From positions 34,038,001-34,102,000 of the forward strand of contig OX597831.1 of assembly GCA_951406725.2 (NCBI GenBank): a stretch of DNA of 64,000 nucleotides, in the 5' to 3' direction. The translations under genes were made by a program, and so were the position numbers. Of this stretch, positions 16,483 through 28,923 are shown one piece after another. The notes below the pieces were generated by a model, which saw only the letters and a list, made by a program, of their open reading frames with translations, had not been told where the DNA came from and did no database searches. Position 1 is the first letter of the stretch; each line of letters starts with the position of its first letter. This DNA comes from Octopus vulgaris. Taxonomy: Eukaryota.

Positions 16483-17040
16483 GAGAGTATATACAATTAT
16501 GCCTATAAAACGAATTAATGAACTCAATAACCACACATATCTTACATCCATTTTCTTTCCTCCACCTCAACTTCTATTTGTATCACATCGAAACTATAAC
16601 TTAATTTTTCCTCTCCGATGAAGGGATATTATTAATTAATTCTCTAGAAGCAGCTGTATGACCTTCTGTCTATAAATGCTCTAATATCTATACAGCCTTG
16701 GTTTTTTTTTACCTCATTACGCAAAAAATTCATATAATGTTTATAAATATATATTCATAGAGTGTTTATAAATATAAATATGAGTCTAGGCTTGATGTCA
16801 TGTATGTGAACAAGAGAAGAAGAGAGAAAGAGAGGGAGATGGAAATAGTGTTAGCAATGTGTAGGTGTGGAGGATGGGGTAAAAATGGGATAGAAAAGGA
16901 GGAATAGGCCGAGTAGGGCAGGATTCAAGGAACAAAAGCAGTAATGTGTAACATTCTGCAGAGGGTAACTCACAAACATGTGCAATTGATTTGAAACATA
17001 TTTACAGCTGTTACGGCACTCTTGTATAAACGTAGCAGTA

Positions 17041-17090
<50 letters not shown>

Positions 17091-17145
17091 ATATCCATGT
17101 ATGTATGTATTTATATATATATATGTATGTATCCATGTATGTATG

Positions 17146-17185
<40 letters not shown>

Positions 17186-17277
17186 ATATTAATTGAGACA
17201 AAACCACTATTTTGCAAATCAAACGAGAAAAGACTTAATCACTACATAAAAAATTTTAATATAAAGTAAATAAATCG

Positions 17278-17321
17278 CCACTACAATTGTTTCATGTCTT
17301 CAAATGACATTCGTCAGGTGG
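17278..17321 (-). ncRNA. Type I hammerhead ribozyme motif
   Basis: Minus strand: CCAC CTGACGA ATGTC atttgaa GACAT GAAA CAATTG TA^ GTGG; stems I and II pair, stem III is palindromic, GUA cleavage triplet. Confidence 0.85.
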
Positions 17322-17553
17322 ATTTCCGATCTTCTAGTCAGTTTTAATTTATGAAGTGAATTACTTTATATTAAATTTTTTTATGTATTGATTAAGTCTT
17401 TCCTTGTTTGATTTGCAAAATAGTGGTTTTGTCTCGAATTAATATTATATAATATTTTACTATAAAATTGGATTTATTCCTAAATCTGATTTTTTCCCTG
17501 TAAATTTGGATTTATTCCCTAATATTTATTATTATATATATACATATATACAA

Positions 17554-17817
<264 letters not shown>

Positions 17818-17868
17818 CATACATACATGGATACATACATATATATATATAAATACATACATACATGG

Positions 17869-17919
<51 letters not shown>

Positions 17920-17923
17920 CATA

Positions 17924-17986
<63 letters not shown>

Positions 17987-18078
17987 TACTGCTACTTTTA
18001 TTCAGTTGAATAAGGTATTATCCGCAAGGTTCAAAGTGAAGAAAAAGCTAATAAATTACAAGGATGTCAAGGCATTAA

Positions 18079-18165
18079 TGCAATACGGCCGTTTCAGGAG
18101 GCTCTATTTAATGGAACAATGCAAACATTACATCGATTTGAAATAAAGCGCCATCTTCAGTTGCA
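18079..18165 (-). ncRNA. Type I hammerhead ribozyme motif with extended stem II
   Basis: Minus strand: TGCAA CTGAAGA TGGCGCTTTATTT...AAATAGAGCCTCCT GAAA CGGCCG TA^ TTGCA. Confidence 0.75.
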
Positions 18166-18187
18166 AAATAGTTCAGTTATATATACA

Positions 18188-18746
18188 CAGACATGCAGAA
18201 AGTAAGTAGACACCGTTAATTTTCAAAATCTTTGATATTAATTGGTTGAAGGAGAGGTTTTCTTTTAGCTACTCGTCCATATGTAGCTTACGCAGATATG
18301 TAAGACGCGTTCTTTGGCTAACTTCTAGCTGTTTTGCAATGTCAGACGCCCTCGAACGGTGTTCGTTTTCCACAATTGTATTCAAACAACGAAGCTTCAT
18401 TTCCAAGGACCCTGATCGACCGGGACGAGAATCTGTTGATTCTTTTCCTTGGTTTATAAATTGCACTATAATTCTATCAACAGTAGCAAGAGGAATTTGA
18501 AGATTTTCGGCAATTTTTTTCTGGCTAAGACCAGCCTCAGATTGCCCAACAATACGACCTCTTTGGAAATCTGACAGTTCTGCTGAATTTTTTGTACGTG
18601 GCACGGTTACTCTTCTCAAATGTTTAATATAATGGCACCTGGAATGAAAAAGAATAATTACATTGTAAATTCTTCGCCGATGAAAACATTAAAACGCTTA
18701 GATCAAAAGTTTTGAAAATTAAAGGTGTCCAATTACTTCCTGCATG

Positions 18747-18750
<4 letters not shown>
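18188..18750 (-). mobile_element. Internally deleted Tc1-like DNA transposon
   Basis: Imperfect ~50-bp TIRs CAGACATGCAG.AAGTAA.../...TTACTTCCTGCATGTCTG followed by TA; ORF 18269-18619 encodes the Tc1 N-terminal HTH (ELSDFQRGRIVG..EAGLSQKKIA...RPGR); no DDE domain. Confidence 0.85.
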
Positions 18751-18808
<58 letters not shown>

Positions 18809-19422
18809 CATACATATATACATACATACATACATGCATACATACATAATACACACACACACAAACACACACAGACACGCACATATATATATATATATAA
18901 AGGACTGATGAATCTTGTGTAGGTCCAAAGACTATCTAGCAACAGCACAGACCCTCAGAAAATCAGGGTTTGTGTCCAAAGTGCTGGATGACTATTGCGA
19001 GCGACGTACCTCTTAGCTTTTGTTAAAACACATCTCTCGAAGACAAAACTTGTGTTTAGCGAATGGCATTGAACATTTTTGGATCTTTCGTGCAGTGCTT
19101 GAGATCATATATATATATATATATATATGTATGTATCATATTGATATGTATGTATGTTTATATCCTAGCTTGTATCCTGTATGTATGTATTTCAGTAGGG
19201 TGGATATGAAATATCAAAGTTGGGCAATTGCTGGCGTGGCAACTATCATATGCCCGGTCGAGTAGGAGGACGCCGAAACATGCATACCAGGAAAGTACGC
19301 AAACCCGGGGAAGCCGACTGCTGGTGTAGTTATCGCATGCACGGGCGTTGCTGGTAGTTTGTAGAAGCATTGGTCACTGATAGCCTTCCATGGTCACCAT
19401 CATCTCAGTCATCACCATCATC

Positions 19423-19454
<32 letters not shown>

Positions 19455-19457
19455 CAT

Positions 19458-19503
<46 letters not shown>

Positions 19504-19614
19504 GTCATATCTCCCTCACCTACTCTCCCCTCTCTCTCTCTCTCCTCTCTTTCTCTCTCCTCTCTTTCTCTCTCTTTTATCTCTCTCTCTCTCTCTCTCT
19601 CTCTCGATATATCT

Positions 19615-20016
19615 CTTTTACTCTTTTATTTGTTTCAGTCATTTGACTGCGGCCATTCTGGAGCACCGCCTTTAATCGAGCAACTCGACCTCAGAACTTA
19701 TTCTTTTGTAAGCCCAATACTTATTCTATCGGTCTCTTTTGCCGAACCACTAAGTAACGGAGACATAAACACACCAGCATCAGTTGTCAAGCAATGCTAG
19801 GGGGACAGACACAGACACACAAACACACACAATTGCATATATATATACATATATACGACGGGCTTCTTTTCAGTTTCCGTCTACCAAATCCACTCACAAG
19901 GCTTTGGTCGGCCCGAGGCTATAGTAGAAGACACTTGCCCAAGGTGCCACGCAGTGGGACTGAATCCGGAACCATGTGATTGGTAAACAAGCTACTTACC
20001 ACACAGCCACTCCTAC

Positions 20017-20020
<4 letters not shown>
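19615..20020 (-). mobile_element. SINE family B, full length
   Basis: Reverse complement of 16073-16482. Confidence 0.85.
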
Positions 20021-20094
<74 letters not shown>

Positions 20095-20620
20095 TACTTT
20101 ATATACTTTATATTTTCGTTCCTTTTCATTACTTCATTTCATACCAGACGGCGCTGCACTCGAACGGGGTGGTCGCTGGAAGTAAGAAGTATAAATTAGC
20201 TAAGAGAAGCTCAGAACAAATATACAGAACGAATTTAGCTAATATATTGAATTGCCTTTGCTATGTCCAGAGAGTAATTTGAAAGTGGGAAAACTTCAAA
20301 TTGAAGTTTGTTATTACACACACATACACACATACACTTACAAACACACTCACACGCACAAACACACACACGCATGTATGAATGTATAAAGAGTGTGACT
20401 GGGCTACTTTGTGTGTGTGTGTGTGTGTGTAGATGAGATGTTCAATTTACAAACATTGCAGCATACACACACATACACACACATATATATGCACACGAAC
20501 ATACATATATACTTATGTACATACGTGCATACGAATACATACACATATACACATATACATGTGTCTGTACATAAATGAACATCCACACATCCGCACTAGT
20601 ATATATATATATATAATATG

Positions 20621-20654
<34 letters not shown>

Positions 20655-20842
20655 TATATAAGCAATAAAGGGTTTGGCAACGAATTGCCTTACCACATAC
20701 CGAATTTAGAAATAGCAGTCAAAGAGTTATAGCTATTTCTTCTACTAAAAAGGAGATCTCAGTAAAAACAGCAATTGGAAGGCAGACACAAACAGGTAAG
20801 AGGGAATGAATTGACGGCAATCTATCATACAATTTTAAGTTA

Positions 20843-20943
20843 TCTACGGACGTACGTTTCGAAATCAAGTCTTTAGGAAAGCATAAGAATTAAATATTAA
20901 ATAATTCTATCTTACCAAGAACTTCTTTTCTCTTCAGCGTAGA
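20843..20943 (-). ncRNA. Type I hammerhead ribozyme motif (array copy 1)
   Basis: TCTACG CTGAAGA GAAA...TTTC GAAA CGTACG TC^ CGTAGA on the minus strand. Confidence 0.8.
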
Positions 20944-21433
20944 ATACTATAATCATAAATGATTATATATTGAATTTTGAGATATTAGAAGGCATCAACT
21001 CAACTCAGTATCAGAGCGAGCTAGAATCCGCAACTAGTATCACCAAATTCAATGTGTGAATGAGAAGATTGTGTCACCAGCCCTTCCCACCCGCATGTAG
21101 CCAAAACAAGATGCTGTGGTCATCTACTGAGATAAAATATGGTTATCCGTAATAATGAAGGGTGAAATTAATTTATTTGGAATAATTATCAATTACACCA
21201 AGTAGTCTTCGGCATAAAAGCCTCATTCGAGGAAAATTTAAGTAATACTAAGCAATAAAGGGTTTGGCAACGAATTGCCTTACCACATACCGAATTTAGA
21301 AATAGCAGTCAAAGAGTTATAGCTATTTCTTCTACTAAAAAGGGAGATCTCAGTAAAAACAGCAATTGGAAGGCAGACACAAACAGGTAAGAGGGAATGA
21401 ATTGACGGCAATCTATCATACAATTTTAAGTTA

Positions 21434-21534
21434 TCTACGGACGTACGTTTCGAAATCAAGTCTTTAGGAAAGCATAAGAATTAAATATTAAATAATTCTA
21501 TCTTACCAAGAACTTCTTTTCTCTTCAGCGTAGA
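21434..21534 (-). ncRNA. Type I hammerhead ribozyme motif (array copy 2)
   Basis: Same motif, 591 bp from copy 1. Confidence 0.8.
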
Positions 21535-22017
21535 ATACTATATGATAGATTGCCGTCAATTCATTCCCTCTCTACCTGTTTGTGTCTGCCTTCCAATTGC
21601 TGTTTTTACTGAGATCTCCCTTTTTAGTAGAAGAAATAGCTATAACTCTTTGACTGCTATTTCTAAATTCGGTATGTGGTAAGGCAATTCGTTGCCAAAC
21701 CCTTTATTGCTTAGTATTACTTAAATTTTCCTCGAATGAGGCTTTTACATGCCGAAGACTACTTGGTGTAATTGATAATTATTCCAAATTAATTAATTTC
21801 ACCCTTCATTATTACGGATAACCATATTTTATCTCAGTAGATGACCACAGCATCTTGTTTGGCTACACGCAGGTGGAAGGGCTGGTGACACAATCTTCTC
21901 ATTCACACATTGAATTTGGTGATACTAGTTGCGGATTCTAGCTCGCTCTATACTGAGTTGAGTTGATGCCTTCTAGTATCTCAAAATTCAATATATAATC
22001 ATTTATGATTATAGTAT

Positions 22018-22117
22018 TCTACGCTGAAGAGAAAAGAAGTTCTTGTAAGATAGAATTATTTAATATTTAATTCTTATGCTTTCCTAAAGACTTGATTTCG
22101 AAACGTACGTCCGTAGA
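22018..22117 (+). ncRNA. Type I hammerhead ribozyme motif (array copy 3)
   Basis: Stem I TCTACG 22018-23 / CGTAGA 22112-17; CTGAAGA 22024-30; stem II GAAA..TTTC 22031-99; GAAA 22100-03; predicted GUC cleavage after 22111. Confidence 0.8.
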
Positions 22118-22378
22118 TAACTTAAAATTGTATGATAGATTGCCGTCAATTCATTCCCTCTTACCTGTTTGTGTCTGCCTTCCAATTGCTGTTTTTACTG
22201 AGATCTCCTTTTAGTAGAAGAAATAGCTATAACTCTTTGACTGCTATTTCTAAATTCGGTATGTGTAAGGCAATTCGTTGCCAAACCCTTTATTGCTTAG
22301 TATTACTTAAATTTTCCTCGAATGAGGCTTTTACATGCCGAAGACTACTTGGTGTAATTGATAATTATTCCAAATTAA

Positions 22379-22441
<63 letters not shown>

Positions 22442-22508
22442 AATCTGTATATCATACTTAAAGCGGATATATCATGGGAAGCTTAATTAACTTACAGTAT
22501 TCGTTCTG

Positions 22509-22555
<47 letters not shown>

Positions 22556-22835
22556 CATATATATATACACATATCTGTGCGGGTTTGAGCGCACGCGCGT
22601 ATGTATTGCTTGTTTTTATGCTCTCTTATAATAATAAAACTTTACATTCATCTGATGGGTTCCTCTATAATAATTTAGAATACAAATTTATTACCCTTAA
22701 TCAAGAAATTATTGATTGAGGGACATCGATGTTTCGGGCAGTGAAGCCATCGTTTGACAGTGGCTCGGCTGGTCGAAATTACGTACGAAGTCACCGTCAA
22801 TAGCACTATTGCTTAAGAATAATATATAGGCGCTA

Positions 22836-23270
22836 AGGCGATTTGCTGGCAGAAACGTTAGCACATCGGGCGAAATGCTTAGATGTATTTCGTCTGTTTT
22901 TTTTTACGCTCTAAGTTCAAATTCCGCAGAGGTCGATTTTGCCTTTCATACTTTCGGGGTCGGTAAATCAAGTACCAGTTACGCACTGGGGTCGATGTAA
23001 TCGACTTAATCCTTTTGTCCTCGTTTGTCCCCTCTATGTTTAGCCCCTTGTGGGCAATAAAGAAATAAGAAACGTTAGCACGCCGGGCAAAATAGTTAGA
23101 TGCATTTCGTCTGTCGCTTCGTTCGGAGTTCAAATTCCGCCGAGGTCGACTTTGCCTTTCATACTTTCGGGTTCGATAAATTAAGTACCAGCTGCGTTCT
23201 AGGGTCGATCTCATCGACTGGCCCCCTCCCCCCCCCAATTCTCGGCCTTGTGCCTAGGGTAGAAAAGAAT
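22836..23270 (+). mobile_element. SINE family A dimer, followed by a family B 5' half (~23275-23432)
   Basis: Homology to 748-1148 and 16073. Confidence 0.8.
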
Positions 23271-23431
23271 ATACAGGTGTTGGTGTGGTAAGAAGTTTAC
23301 TTCCCTACCATACGATTCCAGGTTCAGTCCCAGTACATGACACCTTGAATAAATATCTTCTACTCTAGCTTTAGGCCGACCAAAGCTTTCTGATTGGATT
23401 TGGTTGCGGGGAAACTAAAAGGAGCCCGTCT

Positions 23432-23470
<39 letters not shown>

Positions 23471-23919
23471 GTGGGGCACCGAAGCATATTTCCTGGCGTG
23501 CTAACGATTTTGCTAGTTAGCCTCCTTAACGTAACCCTTATAATGATTTCAAATTTTGGATGAAGACCAACAATTCCAGGGTCGGGAGTAAGTCAATTTT
23601 ATCGACTTCTGTGCTCATTTGGTATTTATTTTATCGACCCCCCAAAATATGAAAAGCAAAGTCGACCTCGATGGAATTCGAACTGAGAAAGTGAAGACAG
23701 AGGAAAATGCTGGTAGGCATTCTTGCTTTGCGTGCTAACTATTCTGTCAGCTTGCCGCCTTCCCGTAGCGCTTATAATAAAGATATTAAGTGAAAGCAAT
23801 TGGCAGAATCTTTGGCGTATCAAAGTATTTCCTATATTTCTTCTGAGCCTGAGATCAAATCAAATTAGAGGTCACCTCAGCATTTCGTCCTTTCTATATA
23901 TACACAGACATGACAGAAG

Positions 23920-24355
23920 GGATCTTTTCGGTTTGAACGGCAGTTTTTAACATAATTTCTAGGTAACTAAAAAATTGTAAACTTCGTATACTGGTAGAAT
24001 GTGTTTATAAAACATCTTTTTCTCTTGGCTTTACTGAGAAAATTCTATAGTTTGTAAGATATTTGTTGTATTTTTCTTCAATTTCTGCAATTTCAACCAA
24101 TCAGTGATGTCTATTGAGTTAAGAAGCATTCTGTGCCGTATGAATATGTCCCTCGTTTAAGAAACAGATTGGGTTTATTTACATTTGTGAAGAAAAAAAG
24201 ATACCCTTCCACCACCCCTAACCCTAACCCTAACCCTAACTAACCCTAACCCTAAAAGAGATTGAAATGCAATGATCGATTCTAGGGTCATAATTATGGG
24301 TGACAATTTCATATGACACCGCTAGAAAAAACTGCCGTTCAAACCGAAAAGATCC
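23920..24355. mobile_element. MITE with 28-bp TIRs, 8-bp TSD and an internal (CCCTAA)n tract; possibly Merlin-like
   Basis: TIR GGATCTTTTCGGTTTGAACGGCAGTTTT / AAAACTGCCGTTCAAACCGAAAAGATCC; TSD GACAGAAG at 23912-23919 and 24356-24363; superfamily inferred only from GG..CC ends and TSD length. Confidence 0.9.
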
Positions 24356-24879
24356 GACAGAAGTAATAATATAAAACATAATATAAAAGATATTATAAAA
24401 AATATAAACTTTTGCCAGTTAGAATAAACATAAAACAATGTTTTATGGGGTGTCTATTTACTTTGGTCATGTCTGTGTATTCCTTTCCTGTTTTGCGTTC
24501 TCTTTGGCTTTTACCCACGGATAAGTACCAGTCCTGTCTTGGTGTCCATGTTAGTAACTGCCCCTCCCTCCTAAAATGCATTGCCTTGTATGAAAATTAG
24601 GAATTATCATTACAGCATCAACTGTGTTTAATGAACAACAGCTTCAGAGCAATACTTTGGAGTACCAGTTAGTCATTAAATGATTCCTAATTTATCATTT
24701 TTGATTTCATTTAATATTTTAGTGCCTAGTTTATTTTTAATTAGTATTTGGTTAATGAGCAACAGATTTTTCAGCCATTAGATTTTTCTCAGTTCGTTTT
24801 TTTGGTTTCTTTTAAATTATTATTTGATTTGCATCGCAAACGATTGCGTTTCCAACAGTTTAATTCTGTTTATGTTTAG

Positions 24880-25019
24880 TACAGTATGCTTGCCTTGACT
24901 TGGGCTCTCAAATCTGATAGAAACGTACAGGGTGGTGGCAGTGGTAGCAGTGGTGGTAGCGGTAGTGGTGGTCCTGTGGGCTTTCTCGCATACAATGTGT
25001 CGTGGTTATTTACCGAGGA
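24880..25019 (+). CDS. Candidate internal exon of an unknown host gene (weak fibronectin type III resemblance)
   Basis: TTCTGTTTATGTTTAG acceptor, GA|GTAATT donor, open frame YSMLALTWALKSDRNVQGGGSGSSGGSGSGGPVGFLAYNVSWLFTE; unique sequence, richer in GC than flanks. Confidence 0.3.
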
Positions 25020-25087
25020 GTAATTCATTTTAATCCTGTAGTCCTCAACCGGGGTCCACGTGACACTTGGGACTCCATATAAGATAT

Positions 25088-25157
25088 TCATCATCATCAT
25101 CATCATCATCATCATCGTTTAACGTCCGTTCTCCATGCTAGCATGGGTTGGACGGTT
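25088..25157 (-). mobile_element. Short 3' tail of an RTE-type retroelement ending in (GAT)n
   Basis: Minus strand AACCGTCCAACCCATGCTAGCATGGAGAACGGACGTTAAACGATGATGATG: stem-loop plus short tandem tail. Confidence 0.55.
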
Positions 25158-26819
25158 GTTGTTAAAAATTATCTGAAATAAATTGGTTATACTTCTAAAA
25201 TGCACAAGATATTTTAACAATTTTTTTTAAAATACTGTTTCTAATAATATTTAATATTTACTTGTTGGAGAGTGATTTCACTGCGTCCATACTGGGGCAC
25301 CGCCTGAAGGGTTTTAGTAGAATAAATTCAATCTCGTGGCATTTTTATTTGTTAAGCCTAGTATGTCTTCTATAGGTCACCTTTGCTAAACCGCTAAGTT
25401 ACGGGAGCATAAACACACACCGGTTGTCAAGTGGTAGCAGGGAAATAAACATAGACATAAACAGACACACACACACACGACGGTCTTCCTTCAGTTTCCG
25501 TCTCCCAAATCCATTCACAAAGCTTTGGTCGGTCCAAGGCTACAGTTAGAATTACTGTAAAAACATTGTATGTATGTGAGTGTTTTGTACCCCTTAATTT
25601 TCAAAAACCAAAATTTTTACTTCCTGAACAAGACCTAAATTCATGGAGGTTGGTATTAACACAAAAGACATTTAACTCTGTGCAAACAAGATGGTAATTG
25701 TACCGTTCTTTTGTTCAAACCGCTGTTACCTTGCCCAAGGTTAGAAAGCCAATTTCTTACCACAAAGCTACGCTGCACCTATGATAAGATTTTTTTAAAA
25801 CTTTAAACAACTATTATGGTGCATCCAAGTAAGTTTCAAAACAAAGGGGTCTATAAGCTAAAAAAGAAAAAAGTAAAAGTGGTTGAGAAACACTGATTTA
25901 ATATATTCACCAAAACTGTATGACCTGACTGAACACCGCCGAAATCTACGGAGAACCCTAACATTGCTATCACTTCTCAACGCTCGCTATGTTTAATTGT
26001 CAAGTAAACGAGCCAATCACATCAAAACTATCATCTTTAAAAATACATAGACTCACAGTCTATATCAGACGTAAAACATTTTATAATAATTAGTTTCTGC
26101 TTAAAATGATTGCCATTCTTTGGACTATTTTTAATTGCTATTGTTGTTGCTTGCGTTTTAAATAGCATTTCTATTTTTATTTTACATTCTTTTAAATGCT
26201 TTCATGTTTTAATGTTTTCATTCAATAATTGGTTCTGTTTTGGATGGAGGAATGTAGCAACGGCATATAAAGAAAGCAGTGAGATTCATTTTCCACTTGT
26301 GTTTTTTTTTTAAAGGTATGCATGTATGTATGCATGTATGTATGTATGTATGTATGTATGTATGTATGTATGTATGTATGTATGTATGCATGCATGCATG
26401 TATGTATGTATGTATGTATGTATGTATGTATGCATGTATGTATGTGTATGTAAGTATGTATGTATGTATGCATTTATGTATGGATGCATGTATGTATGTA
26501 TGTATGTAAGTCTCTCTATGTGTGTGTATGTTTGTATGTGTGTATGTATGCATGTGTATGTATGTATGTGTGTATGTATGTAAATATAAACGTATGTATA
26601 CATGTATGGTGTGCATGTGTGTATGTATGTATGTATGTATGTATGTATGCATGTATATATGTATGTATGTATGTATACATGTATAAATGTGTTTGTGTGT
26701 GTACACATGCGTACTGATATACACACAGCACACAAATATGCATATATATGTGATGCGAGGGTGTGTACGTATGAATGAATGTATGTATGTATTTATGTAT
26801 ACACGTGCACGCACACAAT

Positions 26820-26850
<31 letters not shown>

Positions 26851-27652
26851 GGGCACACACACACACACACACACTCATGGGCATACCCTGTCACACATAT
26901 GAGATTGGAATAGAAAATAACAGAAAATTAGTTTTACTGTATATCTGTGTGTGTTTGTGTGTGTGTGTAAGTTCATGTGTGTGTGTGGGGGGCATCTCTT
27001 TTCGATGTGTTAATTTTCTGTAGTGCATTTAAAAAACGTAAAATTAACATAGAACTATATTTTAAAGACACGTGCCCTTTGTACTAAATTTCTATATTTA
27101 GGTTAGGTTCCAGATTTCTATTGAAATTGTAATAATGGACGGTGAGTTACAATTATTGGTAACAAATGATTCAGTTCTTTACTAGATTTGATTTTAGGAA
27201 TTTTAATTTTTCGTAGCCAGAACGTCTCCTGACAAGAATGTTAGATGATCAGACAAAATGTCGAGCGATATTTAGCTCCGGTTCTGTAGTTGTGGTTCAG
27301 TGTTCAAGTCCTGAGTAGATCAACGTAAATTGATTTGTTTTTCTTTTTTGTTAGGTAGATACAAGAATGAAGAAAGAGCCATTGAAGTACTATAATCTCT
27401 TCATTTAGCCTTAACTATTTTCATCTCATAGAATATTGTAACATAACATATTCAGATTTAAAGTCTTAAAACCGTTCACGAACTTATGCCATTATGTAAA
27501 TATAAGTGATGATATCAAAGCTAAATGCTGCTTCGCCTTATCCGAAAGCAAATAAAATCGTGTTCACAGCTTACAAATTTAAAGTTATGAGGATTTACAA
27601 AGACTTGTAGTCGCTGTCGATTTTTTCATTCTTAATATGAGAACCAACATAA

Positions 27653-28268
27653 GGCGACGAGCTGGCAGAAAGGTTAGCACGCCGGGCGAAATACTTAGCA
27701 GTATTTCGTCTGCCGTTACGGTCTGGGTTCAAATTCCGCCGAGGTCGACTTTGCCTTTCATCCTTTCGGGGTCGATAAATTAAGTACCAGTTACGCACTA
27801 GTGTCGATATAATCGACTTAGTTCGTTTGTCTGTCCTTGTTTGTCCTCTCTGTGTTTAGCCCCTTGTGGGTATTAAAGAAATAGGTATTTCGTCTGCCGT
27901 TATATTCTGAGTTCAAATTCTGCCGAGGTCGACTTTGCATTTCATCCTTTCGGGTTCGATAAATTAAGTACCAGTTACGCACTGGGGTCGATATAATCGA
28001 CTTAATCCGTTTGTCTGTCCTTGTTTGACCCCTCTATGTTTAGCCCCTTGTGGACAATAAAGACATAAGAAATGTTAGTACGCCGGGCGAAATGCTTAGG
28101 GGTATTTCGTCTGTCTTTACGTTCTGAGATCACATTCCGCCGAGGTCGACTTTGCCTTTCATACATTCGGGGTCGATAAATTAAGTATCAGTTGCGTAGT
28201 GGGGTCGATCTAATCGACTGTCCCCTCCCCCAAAATTTCGGGCTTTGTACCTAGAATAGAAAAGAATA
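27653..28268 (+). mobile_element. SINE family A trimer
   Basis: One head, three bodies, one terminal CCTAGAATAGAAAAGAATA end. Confidence 0.85.
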
Positions 28269-28297
28269 TCAGAGCCAACACAGGTATGATAATAATA

Positions 28298-28923
28298 ACT
28301 AGAGAAGCACTCGGAAAGCGCAGACCTCCGCCAAGCAGCTCATTTCCACCCATATACACGCATGCTGAAAATCGCCCAATTTCCCAAACCAACGCCGGCA
28401 AAAACATAACCTCTTTGGCGGGGTTAAAAAGAAATAACAGCCATATGATTAAAAAAAAATCCTTTAAAAACAGGAATCATCTGAAGCAGTTATAATATAT
28501 CAATGACAACAGCAAGCTAGTTTCCCCATACAACTAAAAAGAAACAATTACCTCAAACTTGAGTTTTACGATAGATACGCGAGTAAAATTACTAATGGAG
28601 AAACGAAAATAAACTTTGGAAACAGCAACGCCACCATAGGTGACGTTGAAACGATGAACGTGTTTTTTTTAAGGGAGATAATCAAAGAACGTAACTAATA
28701 CTTCATGTAAAGTAAATATAACAAATGAAAAATCCTTCAAGAATCCATAAAAATACTCGGATCACTACCAAAATATCATTATCTGTTCCTTATGTCATTA
28801 CCAACTTTTCCTGCAAGTTTCGTCAAATACCGCTCTCAACCTTTTGAGTTATTTTGCACAGAAACGGACAGACGGACAAACCACCGACGATGAAAACATA
28901 ATCTCCTTCTTTGGCGGAGGTAA
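28298..28923. mobile_element. Helentron-associated (HINE/DINE-like) non-autonomous element remnants
   Basis: Short hairpin GCACTCGGAAAGCGC beside CCTCCGCCAAG, and inverted counterparts CTTTGGCGGGGTTAA (~28412) and CTTGGCGGAGGTAA (~28910) preceded by AAACATAA and GACA/GACG repeats. Confidence 0.5.

Larger units (their letters stand above)
20659..22381. mobile_element. Non-coding hammerhead-containing element (retrozyme-like / Penelope-like terminal repeat array); 590-bp unit, direct plus inverted copies
   Basis: AGCAATAAAGGGTTTGGCAACG at 20661 and 21251; 21541-22381 is the reverse complement of the same circularly permuted unit; flanked by (TA)n; three hammerhead motifs. Confidence 0.85.

Noticed and set aside
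22718-22800. GAAACATCGATGTC palindromic stem III-like string on the minus strand
   Set aside because: No CUGANGA upstream
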